This document shows, piece by piece, positions 21,069 to 32,269 of a DNA stretch of 64,000 nt (the stretch's first letter is position 1; each line of letters opens with the position of its first letter). Below the pieces are notes generated by a model. It saw only the letters and a program-made list of their open reading frames with translations. It was not told where the DNA came from and did not search any database. The stretch is taken from assembly GCA_977017575.1 (NCBI GenBank), contig CDRNVI010000078.1:38586-102585 (forward strand). Reading direction: 5' to 3'. This stretch comes from Paramoeba atlantica. Its lineage: Eukaryota > Protista > Discosea. Made by a program: the position numbers and the translations under genes.

Positions 21069-21701
21069 CTAATCCCACCTGTACCTCGGTCGTATCACCG
21101 GACCCGTCACCTTCTCCGGGCACCGTTGCAGCACATTCGGATCCTGATACCTCTCCGTCAACCCCAACGGTCGTTGTATCTCATACAACCACGCATGCCG
21201 CCTCCTTGCCACCTCCCTCACCACCCCCTCCGTTCCCTCCCCCCTTCCCACGCTCTCCCGTGCCGTGCGCATCCCGTGGAGCTCCCCCGCGACGGCCGGC
21301 TCCCCGGGGCGGTACGGGTCGTAGGCGCCGGAGTGCCTGTGGTGCCGCCGCATCCACTTGGTGCAGTACGCGCGGTGCATGTCGGTCTGCACCTCGACCC
21401 ACTGGTACGACGGGTTCACGACGCTGTGGCGCAGTGCCATTACCCCGGGGGCCGTGGAGTGGAGGGTGTAGGTGCGGGGGTGGAGCGTGGCGCCGGGGCC
21501 GTCGTGGTAGAGGGGGGCGCGGGTGTAGTAGCGGTGGTCGTAGCGGTGGCGCTGGCGGAGGAGCTGGGCGTGGGGGCCGGGGACGGGGGAGCCGAGGTCG
21601 AAGTTGAACTGGAGCAGGGTGCGGCGGCGGTGGTGGTAGCGGTTTTTGAGGTAGCCGGAGGTGGCTTTGCTGGCATAGGTGGTGGGGGTGGCGTGGAGCA
21701 T
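21069..21701 (-). CDS. Hypothetical 210-aa basic protein, possibly mitochondrion-targeted
   Basis: Strong third-position C bias in this frame, polypyrimidine tract directly before the ATG, Arg/His-rich N-terminus (MLH...). Confidence 0.7.
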   Translation of the reverse strand: MLHATPTTYASKATSGYLKNRYHHRRRTLLQFNFDLGSPVPGPHAQLLRQRHRYDHRYYTRAPLYHDGPGATLHPRTYTLHSTAPGVMALRHSVVNPSYQWVEVQTDMHRAYCTKWMRRHHRHSGAYDPYRPGEPAVAGELHGMRTARESVGRGEGTEGVVREVARRRHAWLYEIQRPLGLTERYQDPNVLQRCPEKVTGPVIRPRYRWD

Positions 21702-22065
21702 GGGGGGGGGAAGAGGAAAAGGAAGGAAAAAAGAAGGCGGGAAAAGAAGGTAGGCGATGGGGGTTGGGGGGTAAAAAGGGTGGAATCGTGAAGAAAAAGT
21801 GCGGATTGTGGAAATGGGTGAGGGGGAAAAATCTACTAAACACTACTAGGGGGTTATTACTACTAAGGGGGGTGGCAAGATTGGCTTCTGTGTGTGGATT
21901 TGGCATTCAATTCCAAAAAAACAACGAAAATAAGGTGATCCTTGGAGATGACTACTCCCCCGTGGGCATGTTCCTTGTCTTTGCCTTTAAACACAGGTTC
22001 AACCTACCGCCCACTACAAATCCTACCTACTCACTCCTGTTCACGTACAACACCCTCACCTCTAC

Positions 22066-23337
22066 CTACACCCATCCGGCACCATCAAACGAGACAGCAT
22101 GTGTGGAGGGGATACTCGGAGGGGACATGGGACACAGAACCGAGTCCGGCCCCTCACCCTGGGCCTCGCCCCCATAGGCACTCGCCCCGATCAACGGGGG
22201 ACGCACCTCATCAAACCACGGGCTGAGGAGTGCCGCCTTCGCGGAGACCCGTGCCATAGGGTCATACCGCAGCATCGAGGACAGCAGTGCCTCCCCCTCC
22301 GGGTCCAGCTCCGGAAACAGCGACCGCAGGGGCTGCGCCCTCCACTGCGGGAACTGCGGGCAGAAGTCCTCCAGCCCCTCCACGGCATGCCACACCCCCG
22401 CATTCGGGGTCCCGAGCAGCTGGAATATCTTATAGAGCTGGTCAATCTCGCAGTCCCCCGGGAACAGCGGGGTGCCACGCCCCAGCAGCTCCCCGAGTAT
22501 ACACCCCACACTCCACACATCCACCGCAGCCGTGTAACTCGGGGACCCGAGCAAGATCTCCGGCGGTCGGTACCACTGCGTCACCACCTCCCGGGTGTAC
22601 TCCGGGGTCGGGACATGAAACGCCCGCGCGAGTCCAAAGTCCGCCAACTTCACCTCCTCCGCATCCGCACTCACCAGAATGTTATGCGGCTTCAAGTCCC
22701 GGTGCAGCACCCGTCGCCCGTGGCAGTGACACAGCCCCGCGAGGATTTGGAACACAATCCGCTTGATGGCGTGCCAGGTCGTTTTTGTGTTCGTAGGGGT
22801 CATGGTCTCTGCCCCCCCCTCGGCCCCCCCCTCCCCGAAGGCCCTCTCCATCCACGCCTTCAGGTCCATGTCGACGAACTCGAACACGAGCGCGAGGCGG
22901 GCGGGGGTGCAGACGACGTCGTGGAGCCGCACCACGTTGGGGTGGTCCAGCGCGAGCAGCAGGGAGGTCTCGCGCAGCGCGGTGGCGGGGATCCCCTCCT
23001 CGGCGTCCTCCGTGGTGCGCATCTTCTTCAGCGCGACGGTGCGGCCGGTGAGGGTGTCGCGGCACTGGTACACCGCCCCGTACGTGCCCTCCCCGAGCTT
23101 CATCTGCTTCACGTAGCGCTGGGTGGGGTCCGGGGCGCCGGGGGGGAGGGGGGGCGGCGCCGGGGAGGGGGGGCCGGTGGCGTTGGTGCGGTCCACGCCG
23201 AAGGCCGGGGGGTCCGCGCCTCGGGCACGTTTCAGGGGTAGGGCCTCCTGTGTGGGGTGCGGGGGGGCGGTGACGCAGGTGGGGTGGACGTGGGTGTGGG
23301 GGAGACGGGGCTCGTGGTGACTTCCGGGGTGGGTCAT
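22066..23337 (-). CDS. Cyclin-dependent kinase, CDK1/CRK3-like
   Basis: GEGTYG, EGIPATALRE (PSTAIRE variant), HRDLKPHN, DFGLAR, YTREVVTQWYRPPE, GDCEIDQLYKIF. Confidence 0.95.
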   Translation of the reverse strand: MTHPGSHHEPRLPHTHVHPTCVTAPPHPTQEALPLKRARGADPPAFGVDRTNATGPPSPAPPPLPPGAPDPTQRYVKQMKLGEGTYGAVYQCRDTLTGRTVALKKMRTTEDAEEGIPATALRETSLLLALDHPNVVRLHDVVCTPARLALVFEFVDMDLKAWMERAFGEGGAEGGAETMTPTNTKTTWHAIKRIVFQILAGLCHCHGRRVLHRDLKPHNILVSADAEEVKLADFGLARAFHVPTPEYTREVVTQWYRPPEILLGSPSYTAAVDVWSVGCILGELLGRGTPLFPGDCEIDQLYKIFQLLGTPNAGVWHAVEGLEDFCPQFPQWRAQPLRSLFPELDPEGEALLSSMLRYDPMARVSAKAALLSPWFDEVRPPLIGASAYGGEAQGEGPDSVLCPMSPPSIPSTHAVSFDGAGWV

Positions 23338-23641
23338 GGGGGTAGGGAGGTGAGGGGTAGAGGGAATAATCGGTAAGGTTGGGGTATGGGTTCATTGTGA
23401 TGCATGTGCAAAACGATAGATTACCTTTTTTAAACACCATCTTCCTTTATTGAAGTGTGTGTACGTTCCTCTTTTACAAAATCTTAGATGGTAAGACAGT
23501 ACTCACGTAAAATCATGTGTGACTCTTTTGGTCCCCTAAAAATTAACTTCTTTCTCCACTTTCTTCCTCTTCCTGAGACTCTCTCACTTACACGCTTAGC
23601 ACATGCCCCGTCCCGGGCGCTCCTCTCCCGCTTTGTACGCT

Positions 23642-24388
23642 CTACTCGGTGCCCCAGTTGTACGGGTTCTGGTTGTCCTCGACGCCCCACTCCACGTTGG
23701 ACTGCGGGGGCTGTCCTGCGGCGCTGTCGGCGGCGGGGGCCGCGGCGGCCTGCTCCTCCTTCTTCTTCATCACCTCATCTGGGTCGCGGTAGAAGAACAG
23801 GTCCGGGACCACCTCCCACGGGACGTACCGCGGCACCCGGCCTCGCATCCGCAGCACCTCCCGGGCCAGGAGCCACCACAGCAGCCCGATGCTGTGGGCA
23901 CCGCGGTTGTTGCAGGGGATCGCGACGTCGAGCTTCCCCATCGGGCTGTCGGTGTCGCAGAGGGCGAGGACGGGGATGTTGCAGTACGTGGCCTCGGTGA
24001 TGGCCTGGTGGTCCGTGCGGGGGTCCGTCACAATGAGCAGGCGCGGCTGGCGGAAGGTCTTCTGCGCGTGATTGGTGAGCATCCCGGGGGTGAAGCGACC
24101 GGCAACATAGGTGGCACCGGTGTAGTGCGCAAACTTCAGCACGGCGCGTTGTCCAAGGAGGCGGGAGGAGACGACCATGACGTCTTTGGGATTCTCAATG
24201 GCTACCACGATGCGAGCTGCGAGAATCAACTTTTCCCAAGTTCCGTAAAGATTGATAATATTGATGCCGTCATCCTTTTTAGTGCCCGCAATGTACCGCT
24301 CAATACCGGAAGTTCGATTTTTGGTGCCGATGTGAACCTTGCAAGCTAGCATGCGCTGCACGTCCTCTGTGGTCAGGTCGAGAGCCAT
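23642..24388 (-). CDS. RPSA: 40S ribosomal protein SA (uS2)
   Basis: [58 protein letters not shown]. Confidence 0.98.
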   Translation of the reverse strand: MALDLTTEDVQRMLACKVHIGTKNRTSGIERYIAGTKKDDGINIINLYGTWEKLILAARIVVAIENPKDVMVVSSRLLGQRAVLKFAHYTGATYVAGRFTPGMLTNHAQKTFRQPRLLIVTDPRTDHQAITEATYCNIPVLALCDTDSPMGKLDVAIPCNNRGAHSIGLLWWLLAREVLRMRGRVPRYVPWEVVPDLFFYRDPDEVMKKKEEQAAAAPAADSAAGQPPQSNVEWGVEDNQNPYNWGTE

Positions 24389-24987
24389 GATATGCTAGAG
24401 AAACAGATGAATGGATTATAAGGTGAAAATCTAAAAAAAAAATATTATTATAAGCAGAAAAAATAAAAAATGTGTAAACTCATGCAAGAGCATTTTAAAC
24501 TTACACAAGTCAGGTACAAATAGAGATACACTACCGGGAATTGTGCATCATAAATATTATAAGTGAGTATACAAGCACTAAGCAAAACAATATCTTCATT
24601 CCCCTCTTCTATCTGATATTTGATACGTTCAATTCTATGCACATTCAAAATTCATATGAATACTGTATGACCGGTCATAACAAAATTAAATAATCCCACA
24701 AAACTCCTGTCCTCTCCAAGCTTGCGAACGGGTGACGCGGGGACCACCCCGCACAACTTTCACTGTCGCGAATTAACAAAGGAAACAAAGTCTTGAATTT
24801 ATAATCACCATAGCAAACGTCATATTCGTCTGTATACACATGGGGTTACATCTGGGGGGTGTATATCAAATCAGTTGAATTCTTACAACAGGTACAATGC
24901 CCCTCGGCCATCACACAATAGATAAACTGGCATAACGTAAATAATTTATTCGCCCAATTCTCTCCGTAAACTATGAAAGGGCGTACT

Positions 24988-27107
24988 CCAGGAGGGGTGT
25001 CTAGGGGGGTGCCTAGGGGGTTGTCCAGGAGGGGGTTTCTAGGAGGGGGTGCCTAGGGGGGGATGTCTAGGAAGGGTGTCCAGGGGTGGTTGTCCAGGGG
25101 AGGGGTGTCTAGGGGGATTGCCCAGGAGAGGAGTGTCTAGGGGGTTTGTCCAGGGGAGTGTCTGGGGGGGTGTCGAGTGGGGGTGTCTAGGCGGTTTGTC
25201 TAGGGGGTGTGTCCAGGGGGGGGTGCATGGGAGGGATGTCTAGGGGGGGTGTCCAGGAGGGTTGTCCAGGGGGGTGTCCAAGGGGGTGTCCAAAGGGGTG
25301 TCCAAGGGGCTGTCCAGGGGTGGTTGTCCAGGGGAGGGGTGTCTAGGGGGATTGTCCAGGAGAGGTGTATCTAGGGGGTTTGTCCAGGGGAGTGTCTCGG
25401 GGGGTGTCTAGGCGGTTTGTCTAGGGGGTGTGTCCAGGGGAGGGGTGCATGGGAGGGGTGTCTAGGGGGGGTGTCGAGGAGGGTTGTCCAGGGGGGTGTC
25501 CAGGGGGGTGTCCAGAGGGGTGTCCAGGGGGGTGTCCAGAGGGGTGTCCAGGGGGGTGTCCAGGGGGGTGTCCAGGGGTGGTTGTCCAGGAGGGGGTGTC
25601 TAGGGGGGTGCCTAGGGGGGCATGTCTAGGGGGGTGCCTAGGGGGGTGTCTAGGCGGTTTGACTAGGGGGTGTGTCCAGGGGAGGGGTGCATGGGAGGGG
25701 TGTCTAGGGGGGGTGTCGAGGAGGGTTGTCCAGGGGGGTGTCCAGGGGGGTGTCCAGGGGTGGTTGTCCAGGGGGGTGTCCAGAGGGGTGTCCAGGGGGG
25801 TGTCCAGGGGGGTGTCCAGGGGTGGTTGTCCAGGAGGGGGTGTCTAGGGGGGTGCCTAGGGGGGCATGTCTAGGGGGGTGCCTAGGGGGGTGTCTAGGCG
25901 GTTTGACTAGGGGGTGTGTCCAGGGGAGGGGTGCATGGGAGGGGTGTCTAGGGGGGGTGTCGAGGAGGGTTGTCCAGGGGGGTGTCCAAGGGGGTGTCCA
26001 GGGGTGGTTGTCCAGGGGAGGGGTGTCTAGGGGGATTGTCCAGGAGAGGTGTATCTAGGGGGTTTGTCCAGGGGAGTGTCTGGGGGGGTGTCTAGGCGGT
26101 TTGTCTAGGGGGTGTGTCCAGGGGAGGGGTGCATGGGAGGGGTGTCTAGGGGGGGTGTCGAGGAGGGTTGTCCAGGGGGGTGTCCAGGGGGGTGTCCAGG
26201 GGGGTGTCCAGGGGTGGTTGTCCAGGGGAGGGGTGTCTAGGGGGATTGTCCAGGAGAGGTGTATCTAGGGGGTTTGTCCAGGGGAGTGTTTGGGGGGGTG
26301 TCTAGGGGGTTTGTCTAGGGGGGGTGTCGAGGAGGGTTGTCCAGGGGGGTGTCCAGAGGGGTGTCCAGGGGGGTGTCCACACCCAGGGGGGTGTCCAGGG
26401 GTGGTTGTCCAGGAGGGGGTGTCTAGGGGGGTGCCTAGGGGGGCATGTCTAGGGGGGTGCCTAGGGGGGTGTCTAGGCGGTTTGTCTAGGGCGTGTGTCC
26501 TGGGGGGGTGCATGGGAGGGGTGCCTAGGGGGGTGTCCAGGGGGGTTGTCCAGGAGAGGTGTATCTAGGGGGTTTGTCCAGGGGAGTGTCTGGGGGGGTG
26601 TCTAGTGGGATTGTCCAGGGGGGTGTCCAGGGGGGTGTCCAGGGGGTTGTCCAGGAGGGGGTGTCTAGTGGGGTGCCTAGGGGGGTTGTCTAGGGGGTGT
26701 CTAGGAGGTTTGTCCAGCAGGGGTGTCTAGGGGGTATCTAAGGGTTTGTGCAGCAGGCGTGTCTAGGGGGTGTCTAGGAGGGGTTGTCTAGGAGGGGTTG
26801 TCTAGGAGGGGTTGTCTAGGAGGGGTTGTCTAGGGGGGTGCCTAGGAGGGGGTGTTTAGGGAGGATGTCTAGGAGGGGTGTCTAAGAGGGTGTCTAGGGG
26901 GGTTGTCCAGGGGGTTGTCTGGGGGGGAGTCTAGGGGGGTGTCTAGGAGGGGTTGTCTGGGAGGGGGTGTTTAGGGAGGATGTCTAGGAGGGGTGTCCAA
27001 GAGGGTGTCTAGGGGGGTTGTCCAGGGGGTTGGCTACGGGGGAGTCGAGCGGGGGGGTCTAGGGGGGTGTCCAGGAGGGGTGTCTAGGGGGTGTCTAGGG
27101 GGGTGCC
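24988..27107 (+). repeat. G-rich satellite of ~11-13-bp G4-6-TGT-C(C/T)A monomers with ~200-245-bp higher-order units
   Basis: GGGGGTGTCCA and GGGGGTGTCTA monomers; the marker GCATGGGAG recurs near 25225, 25447, 25689, 25933, 26131 and 26510. Confidence 0.95.
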
Positions 27108-27546
27108 TTATGTCGATCAACATTTCGTCGGTCGTTAAAAAAAACACGCACCAGAATTTCATTTCGTGTGTATAGCCAAATATAAGTTATAATATAATAT
27201 TCTAAAATAATTGAACTGAGATAATGCACCCTACTCTTGTGATACGATATCAGAAACAGTTTTGTATAGGACTACTTTTGTATAAAACTTTCCCATTGAA
27301 AGAACTACTATCTAGTGTAAAGCTAAATCAATATAAATACGAATGGGCGGTTTGCGCAGTTGAGCGCCAAAGAAGTTTTCTGGACTCGGGCGTCACCGCT
27401 CCCAAAGTTCCAGATTTTGCATTGAGCAGTGCGAGGCAGCAGGCACACAAATCGTCGCGACTGAAGTTGTGAAATCACAAAGCTTTGATGTGCATGTTTG
27501 CGAGAACTTCAAGCTGGAACCACGCGCAGCAAGCAGCTGAGCGCCA

Positions 27547-28088
27547 AGAAATTCACGGATCCTTGCTGTCATAAACGTGAATCAAAATAGCAAAAGAAGA
27601 AGCAATAACTCAAGTATAAATATAACTTCCTTCAATTCAGCCAAAAATATCAGTTTCCCATTTTCTCTCATCTTCTGTCATAAACGAATCAAAAACATCA
27701 CAGAATCAATTGTATCTAACGAACGGGCTTCATGCCCACCACGTCGCGAAATGGTTGGGGGTTGGGTGGGTGGGCACGCTTATGTAGTTTTAAAGTTGGA
27801 AGGATACTAAACAATATAATCCTAATTTAAATCCAAATCGTTCATATGCATCTTTACGTATTTAAATGGGGGGTGTATAAACGAAGGGTGTATAAACAGG
27901 GGATGGGGGAATATGCTTGGGAAAGGACGTGCAATACCCCCCATCCACAAAAATAAGAACTTCAGTTATAGTATCCTAAATTTCATATCGTAAACTCATA
28001 GAAATTCACGGATCCTTCCTGTCATAAACGTGAATCAAAATAGCAAAAGAAGAAGCAATAACTCAAGTATAAATATAACTTCCTTCAA
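27547..28088. repeat. 89-bp direct repeat pair (27547-27635 and 28000-28088)
   Basis: AGAAATTCACGGATCCTT...AACTTCCTTCAA occurs twice with one mismatch; the second copy abuts the truncated RT of element A. Confidence 0.9.
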
Positions 28089-28109
28089 AAGCAACTTCCT
28101 TCAAAAGCA

Positions 28110-29930
28110 ACAACCTGCGGAATAGGCACTTGTGTTTCTCCATTTTCTTGATCAGCAGATTTTCCACGACTTGGTCTGTACCTACGTATGCGCCTAAGAC
28201 TTTTATCGCATCACTGCAAAAGTTTACTCCAAGTTTTTCCAACGGAGGAGGCTGAGCTATGTTGGGAATGTTCTTCTGAAACCAATCGCATTTCTGGAAA
28301 TTAATTCGGAGGTTCATCTCTGCGGCGATCTCACGCAGGTAAAAGAAAGCTGCCTCCAATGCTTGCACGTTTTTGGAGCTCAAAGTCACATCGTCTTGGT
28401 ATGCTCGGATCTTCACGTCAGGATAGAGGTGCATGAGTTCTCGTAGCGGGCCTTGCAAAAGTGCGCAGAAGTACATTGATGAAAGTGCCGATCCTTGGCG
28501 AATTCCTGAAGAGCTTTCGATGGTAGCAAACAGAGCATTGTGCGCAAAAAATAGCAGCTCAGAGGGAATCCCATATTCTAGGTAGAATAGGCGCATGAAA
28601 GGCTTGAAAATGGGATTACCAAGGAGTGCCTCAGCAATGGCGTTGCGTTGTGGTGTATTATACGCGTTGCTAAAATCGACGGTGAGGAGAGCATGTCCTT
28701 CTTCGTATTCATTTAAAAGTTCGTGAACGATGGACTCACATGCGTTTTTTTGCAAAATACCTCGTTGAATTGGGGAGAAAAAATTTTGCAGAGCGTTTTC
28801 ATGTCGTTGTAGAAGGATGGAACCGCAAATCTTCAGAATGGTATCCCCCATCGCAATAGGTCGAATTCCATTTTGAGGTTTCGCTAGCGCGATGATTCTG
28901 CATCGGGTTAGACGTTTTCGCACATTCAGAGGAACTTCGCCGTTGATGACATCCCGAAGCATGTGGCAAAGTGAAAGACATGACTCTTCGTCGTCTACGA
29001 GCAGTCGCATCATGCTTTCACTCAGGCCGGTTGGTCCTGGTGAAGCGCCTCTGGATAATTTTTCGGTCGCTAGGCGAACCTCTGATTTCTCAACAACGCC
29101 AGTCCGTGGGAAGTCTGCTTCCGGGATTCGTATGGCGTCGCCTTCAGGATGAAGTTGTTGAAGCTTTCGCACTTTTTCTTCAGGAGTGAGAGCTGATTCC
29201 TTGTAGACATTGTCCAGGATCCGAGTTGCTTTGCCAAGGTTTCCTGCCCGCGCCGTCTGTAGGGCGTGCCTGATCGAACGCCTGTCAATTTCTAACTCCG
29301 CCCGTTGTTCCGCACTCAAGTTGCTAGCTTCCAAGTTTTCTCGGTCGTTGCGAACATGAGCTACTTTTTGGTTTCGTCGAATTGCTTGACGTACTGTCGC
29401 AAGTGAATCGCGAGGCGCATTCAAAAATTTGTGCCATATCGCCTCTTTTTCTGAGTCAAGCTCCGCCGCTGCATATCCCCGAATTATCGCACGGAAAATC
29501 GCCACAACATGAACCGCGAAAGATGGGTCTATTTGAGCCATAGGCGGGAGCGGATCAAGGTCACTCTGACCGTCTTCGCATGAGATGTGCTCCGCTTGTT
29601 CCTCCAAATTTTGTGTCGGCATCTCGATTTTGAATAACTTAGTGGCTTGGAGGTTACAGATTCTGATTTTATTGGACGGTGGAAGATAAAGAAAACCGCA
29701 TGGACCATCGTGACCTAGAGCCGGCTCCTATGAAATCTTGACTTTCACGGTTGATTTTCGCACGGTCCTGCCTACAACGATGCCGTTTGACTTGTAGTTT
29801 GTAGTGTTCTGTCGGAAGCCCCATTCGATCACACATTCTGTACCCTTGCCCCACTTGGAAACGATGTTGTACACTTGGTCGGGCGATTTGTTGCAGAAGA
29901 ATCAATGCAGAAGTAGCAGTATCTAATATA
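28110..29930 (-). mobile_element. CRE-like RLE non-LTR retrotransposon fragment A (N-terminal domain + RT, 3'-truncated)
   Basis: ASPGPTG, RPIAMGD, DFSNAYN, GIRQGSALS, AYQDD. The frame extends upstream past a TAG with GTECVIEWGF and LPPSNKIRI, matching element C. Confidence 0.9.
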
Positions 29931-30020
29931 TTCGAAAGGAAGATGAAGACGGGTCGGCTCACGTTATTAAAGGCGTTCCGAAGATCCACCTTACAGAACG
30001 TTATGTTCTCATTTTCTTCA

Positions 30021-30700
30021 TTTTTTTTTTTTTACAAAGAAATATCTTATAATTAATATAAGAAATATATATAATTCAGAACTCACGTTCCCTACAAAAA
30101 CTAGAGACTGTTTTTGCAGCCTCCTTCACCTTTGTTGCGCATCTTAATGCGATTTCTTTTCTTCCATTCCACCGTGCTGCGTGTTTCTCTCTCGTGCTAT
30201 TTTCGCCGAAAATCTCATTCCTTGTCTCGCCTCAGTGATGTTATTCATCTGTTCCATGTTGTGGCAAACGAAAGCCGAGCTGAAAAGGGTTTTAGGGCGC
30301 TCGAGACTAAGCTCTTGCTCAACATGAATCGGACGAAACGATTTCCAAGAGAGACACTGCTGCTGGTACGTGGCGCGGGCACTCCACGGGAGTACTTCAC
30401 TCTCAGTGTGGGCAGTCGTCTGGCTTCTTCCTTGTCTCGCCTCAGTAATGTTATTCATCTGTTCCATGTTGTGGCAAACGAAAGCCGAGCTGAAAAGGGT
30501 TTTAGGGCGCTCGAGACTAAGCGCTTGCTCAATATGAATCGGACGAAACGATTTCCAAGAGAGACACTGCTGCTGGTACGTGGTGCGGGCACGGAACGGG
30601 AGAACTTCGCTTTTAGAAGGCAACCTTTCCGTCACTCCCCGCAAAACCTGGACGTGTCTCCGCCTGATGGGGCAGTTGCCCCGTCGTATCATGAAACGTA
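30021..30700 (-). mobile_element. Putative non-autonomous CRE derivative with A-tail and a 165-bp internal duplication
   Basis: Poly(A) (plus-strand T-run 30021-30033); 30218-30382 is repeated at 30428-30592, and each copy carries the GAGC-N18-GCTC motif otherwise found in CRE ORFs. Confidence 0.5.
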
Positions 30701-31359
30701 AAACTGAGTAGATAAATCAACAAGATCAACGAAAGGACCTAATATATTCGAAGGCAACTAATCAATACTTATTTGTACGGAGATATACGTGTGGTAGTGA
30801 ATTTGTTGCCGGCCTGTGTCATTAGCTCCTGTACTCGATCTTGCGTCGATCCATCGTCGTCCAGACACATTGTATCACTGGTCTCGCTTTCTGTTTCGGA
30901 CATTTCTTTGGCTGGGTCCTCTTGGATATGGTTTTCGTCATGGGCTATGTTCTCGTGTGATTGACTCGTAGATCCGATGCGGAAGTTCTTGGCTTTGATT
31001 TTGATTAGATTCCGCGATGTGATTTCACACGGAGGCTCATGGTCCGCCCAATTCGGGGCTAGTGTTTTGGAACCTATTATCTTGATCTTTGGAGTCTTCT
31101 TCACCTTCACTGGTGTCTCCGTGTGCGATCCTGATTCTTCTGCTACCTTTATTCCGTTCGTCTTGCTTTGATCTCGTTGAGTACGTTGTTTTTCAACTCT
31201 CCCGTGAGACTTCCCGTTGTTCACTGTTGTTCTGCTGCCCTTTTTCCGCGTGTTTTCGGAATCTAAACGAGAAGACGTACGAGAAAGGCGTGTCATAAGC
31301 GTAGAAAAATAGAAAATTAAAATGAATCAACAAGGTACAGATGGTGTTCAGATGGTTCA

Positions 31360-32262
31360 GATGGTGTTCTGATGCAAGGATCCGCAAGAAAAAACCGGCA
31401 AGCATTGGAAAGCTACGTCAGGGATCTTTCCTGATTCTACGTATGTTTGATGCTTCCGTTTTATTGCTTCTTTTGCCAGGTTCGCGCATGTCTTACTAAT
31501 GATCGACGGCGCAAGCTCGTGAATCACTGTAAGGTCGTAAAACAGTTCGCCTGTTGACCAATAAATCACGAGGTCAGGGCCTGACCTGAACAACTGCCGC
31601 CCTGAGCATGTCTTCTCATGAATTCCCCTGTTTTCCGGATTCACAGCCACTTTACATGTGGCGCACTTCCAGGAACTGAAGGCCCTAGGTTCACGTTCGC
31701 AAGGTATCCCTGACTTTTGACTTAGGTCAAAGAGGTATTTGACGAGACGATTGTGCTTCACGGTAGCGTTCTGCCCCGAACACTGAGCGCACCCTGGGAT
31801 ATGTACCAAAGCAGTCTTATTGTTCAGCAAAGTCTTACAACCTGGACATAGGATCGTTGCTGGGATTCTTGGGTGAGGAATTCCAAGTCGTGCCATAACT
31901 GGTATTTCAAAGGCATGTGAGGGAACGAAGCGGACCTCCGATTTAAGCCAATCATAATTTCCCTTTCGGGTTGTTACCCTTAAAATATTAGAATACTCCG
32001 GATCTTGTTTTAACCTCGCAACCACTTTTTCGTGAAGTACCGCTGCCGTCGTAACTTCATCCATAGGTGGCAAAGCTGAATTCTCTTCTTCTCCAGTGTA
32101 AGGGACGTTTTGGTTTGGCAACCAAGCCCGAGCAGTAAAAGATTTTATTCGCTCAAGAGCTTGGTAGCGTGATGCCAAATATGCCGCTTCACGAACCTTT
32201 GAACAAGACGTCAATCCTAGGCCTCCCTTTTTCATGGGCAGCCGGGCCATCTCCACCTCCTT
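31360..32262 (-). mobile_element. CRE-like fragment B (thumb, two CCHC knuckles, PD-D endonuclease); 3' third of a split host element
   Basis: ARLPMKKGGLGL, CPGC..H..C, KHN, GPDL..YDLTV..K. Joins fragment D across the TSD TTCCGTC. Confidence 0.9.
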
Positions 32263-32269
32263 TTCCGTC

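Noticed and set aside
1600-24388. Alternative genetic code or spliceosomal introns
   Set aside because: Host genes are uninterrupted and end in TAA, TAG and TGA; in-frame stops were seen only in decayed elements and at the gag/YR border.
20991-27175. Many long overlapping ORFs in the GC islands and the G-rich satellite
   Set aside because: Shadow frames caused by stop-codon scarcity; low-complexity translations with no motifs.
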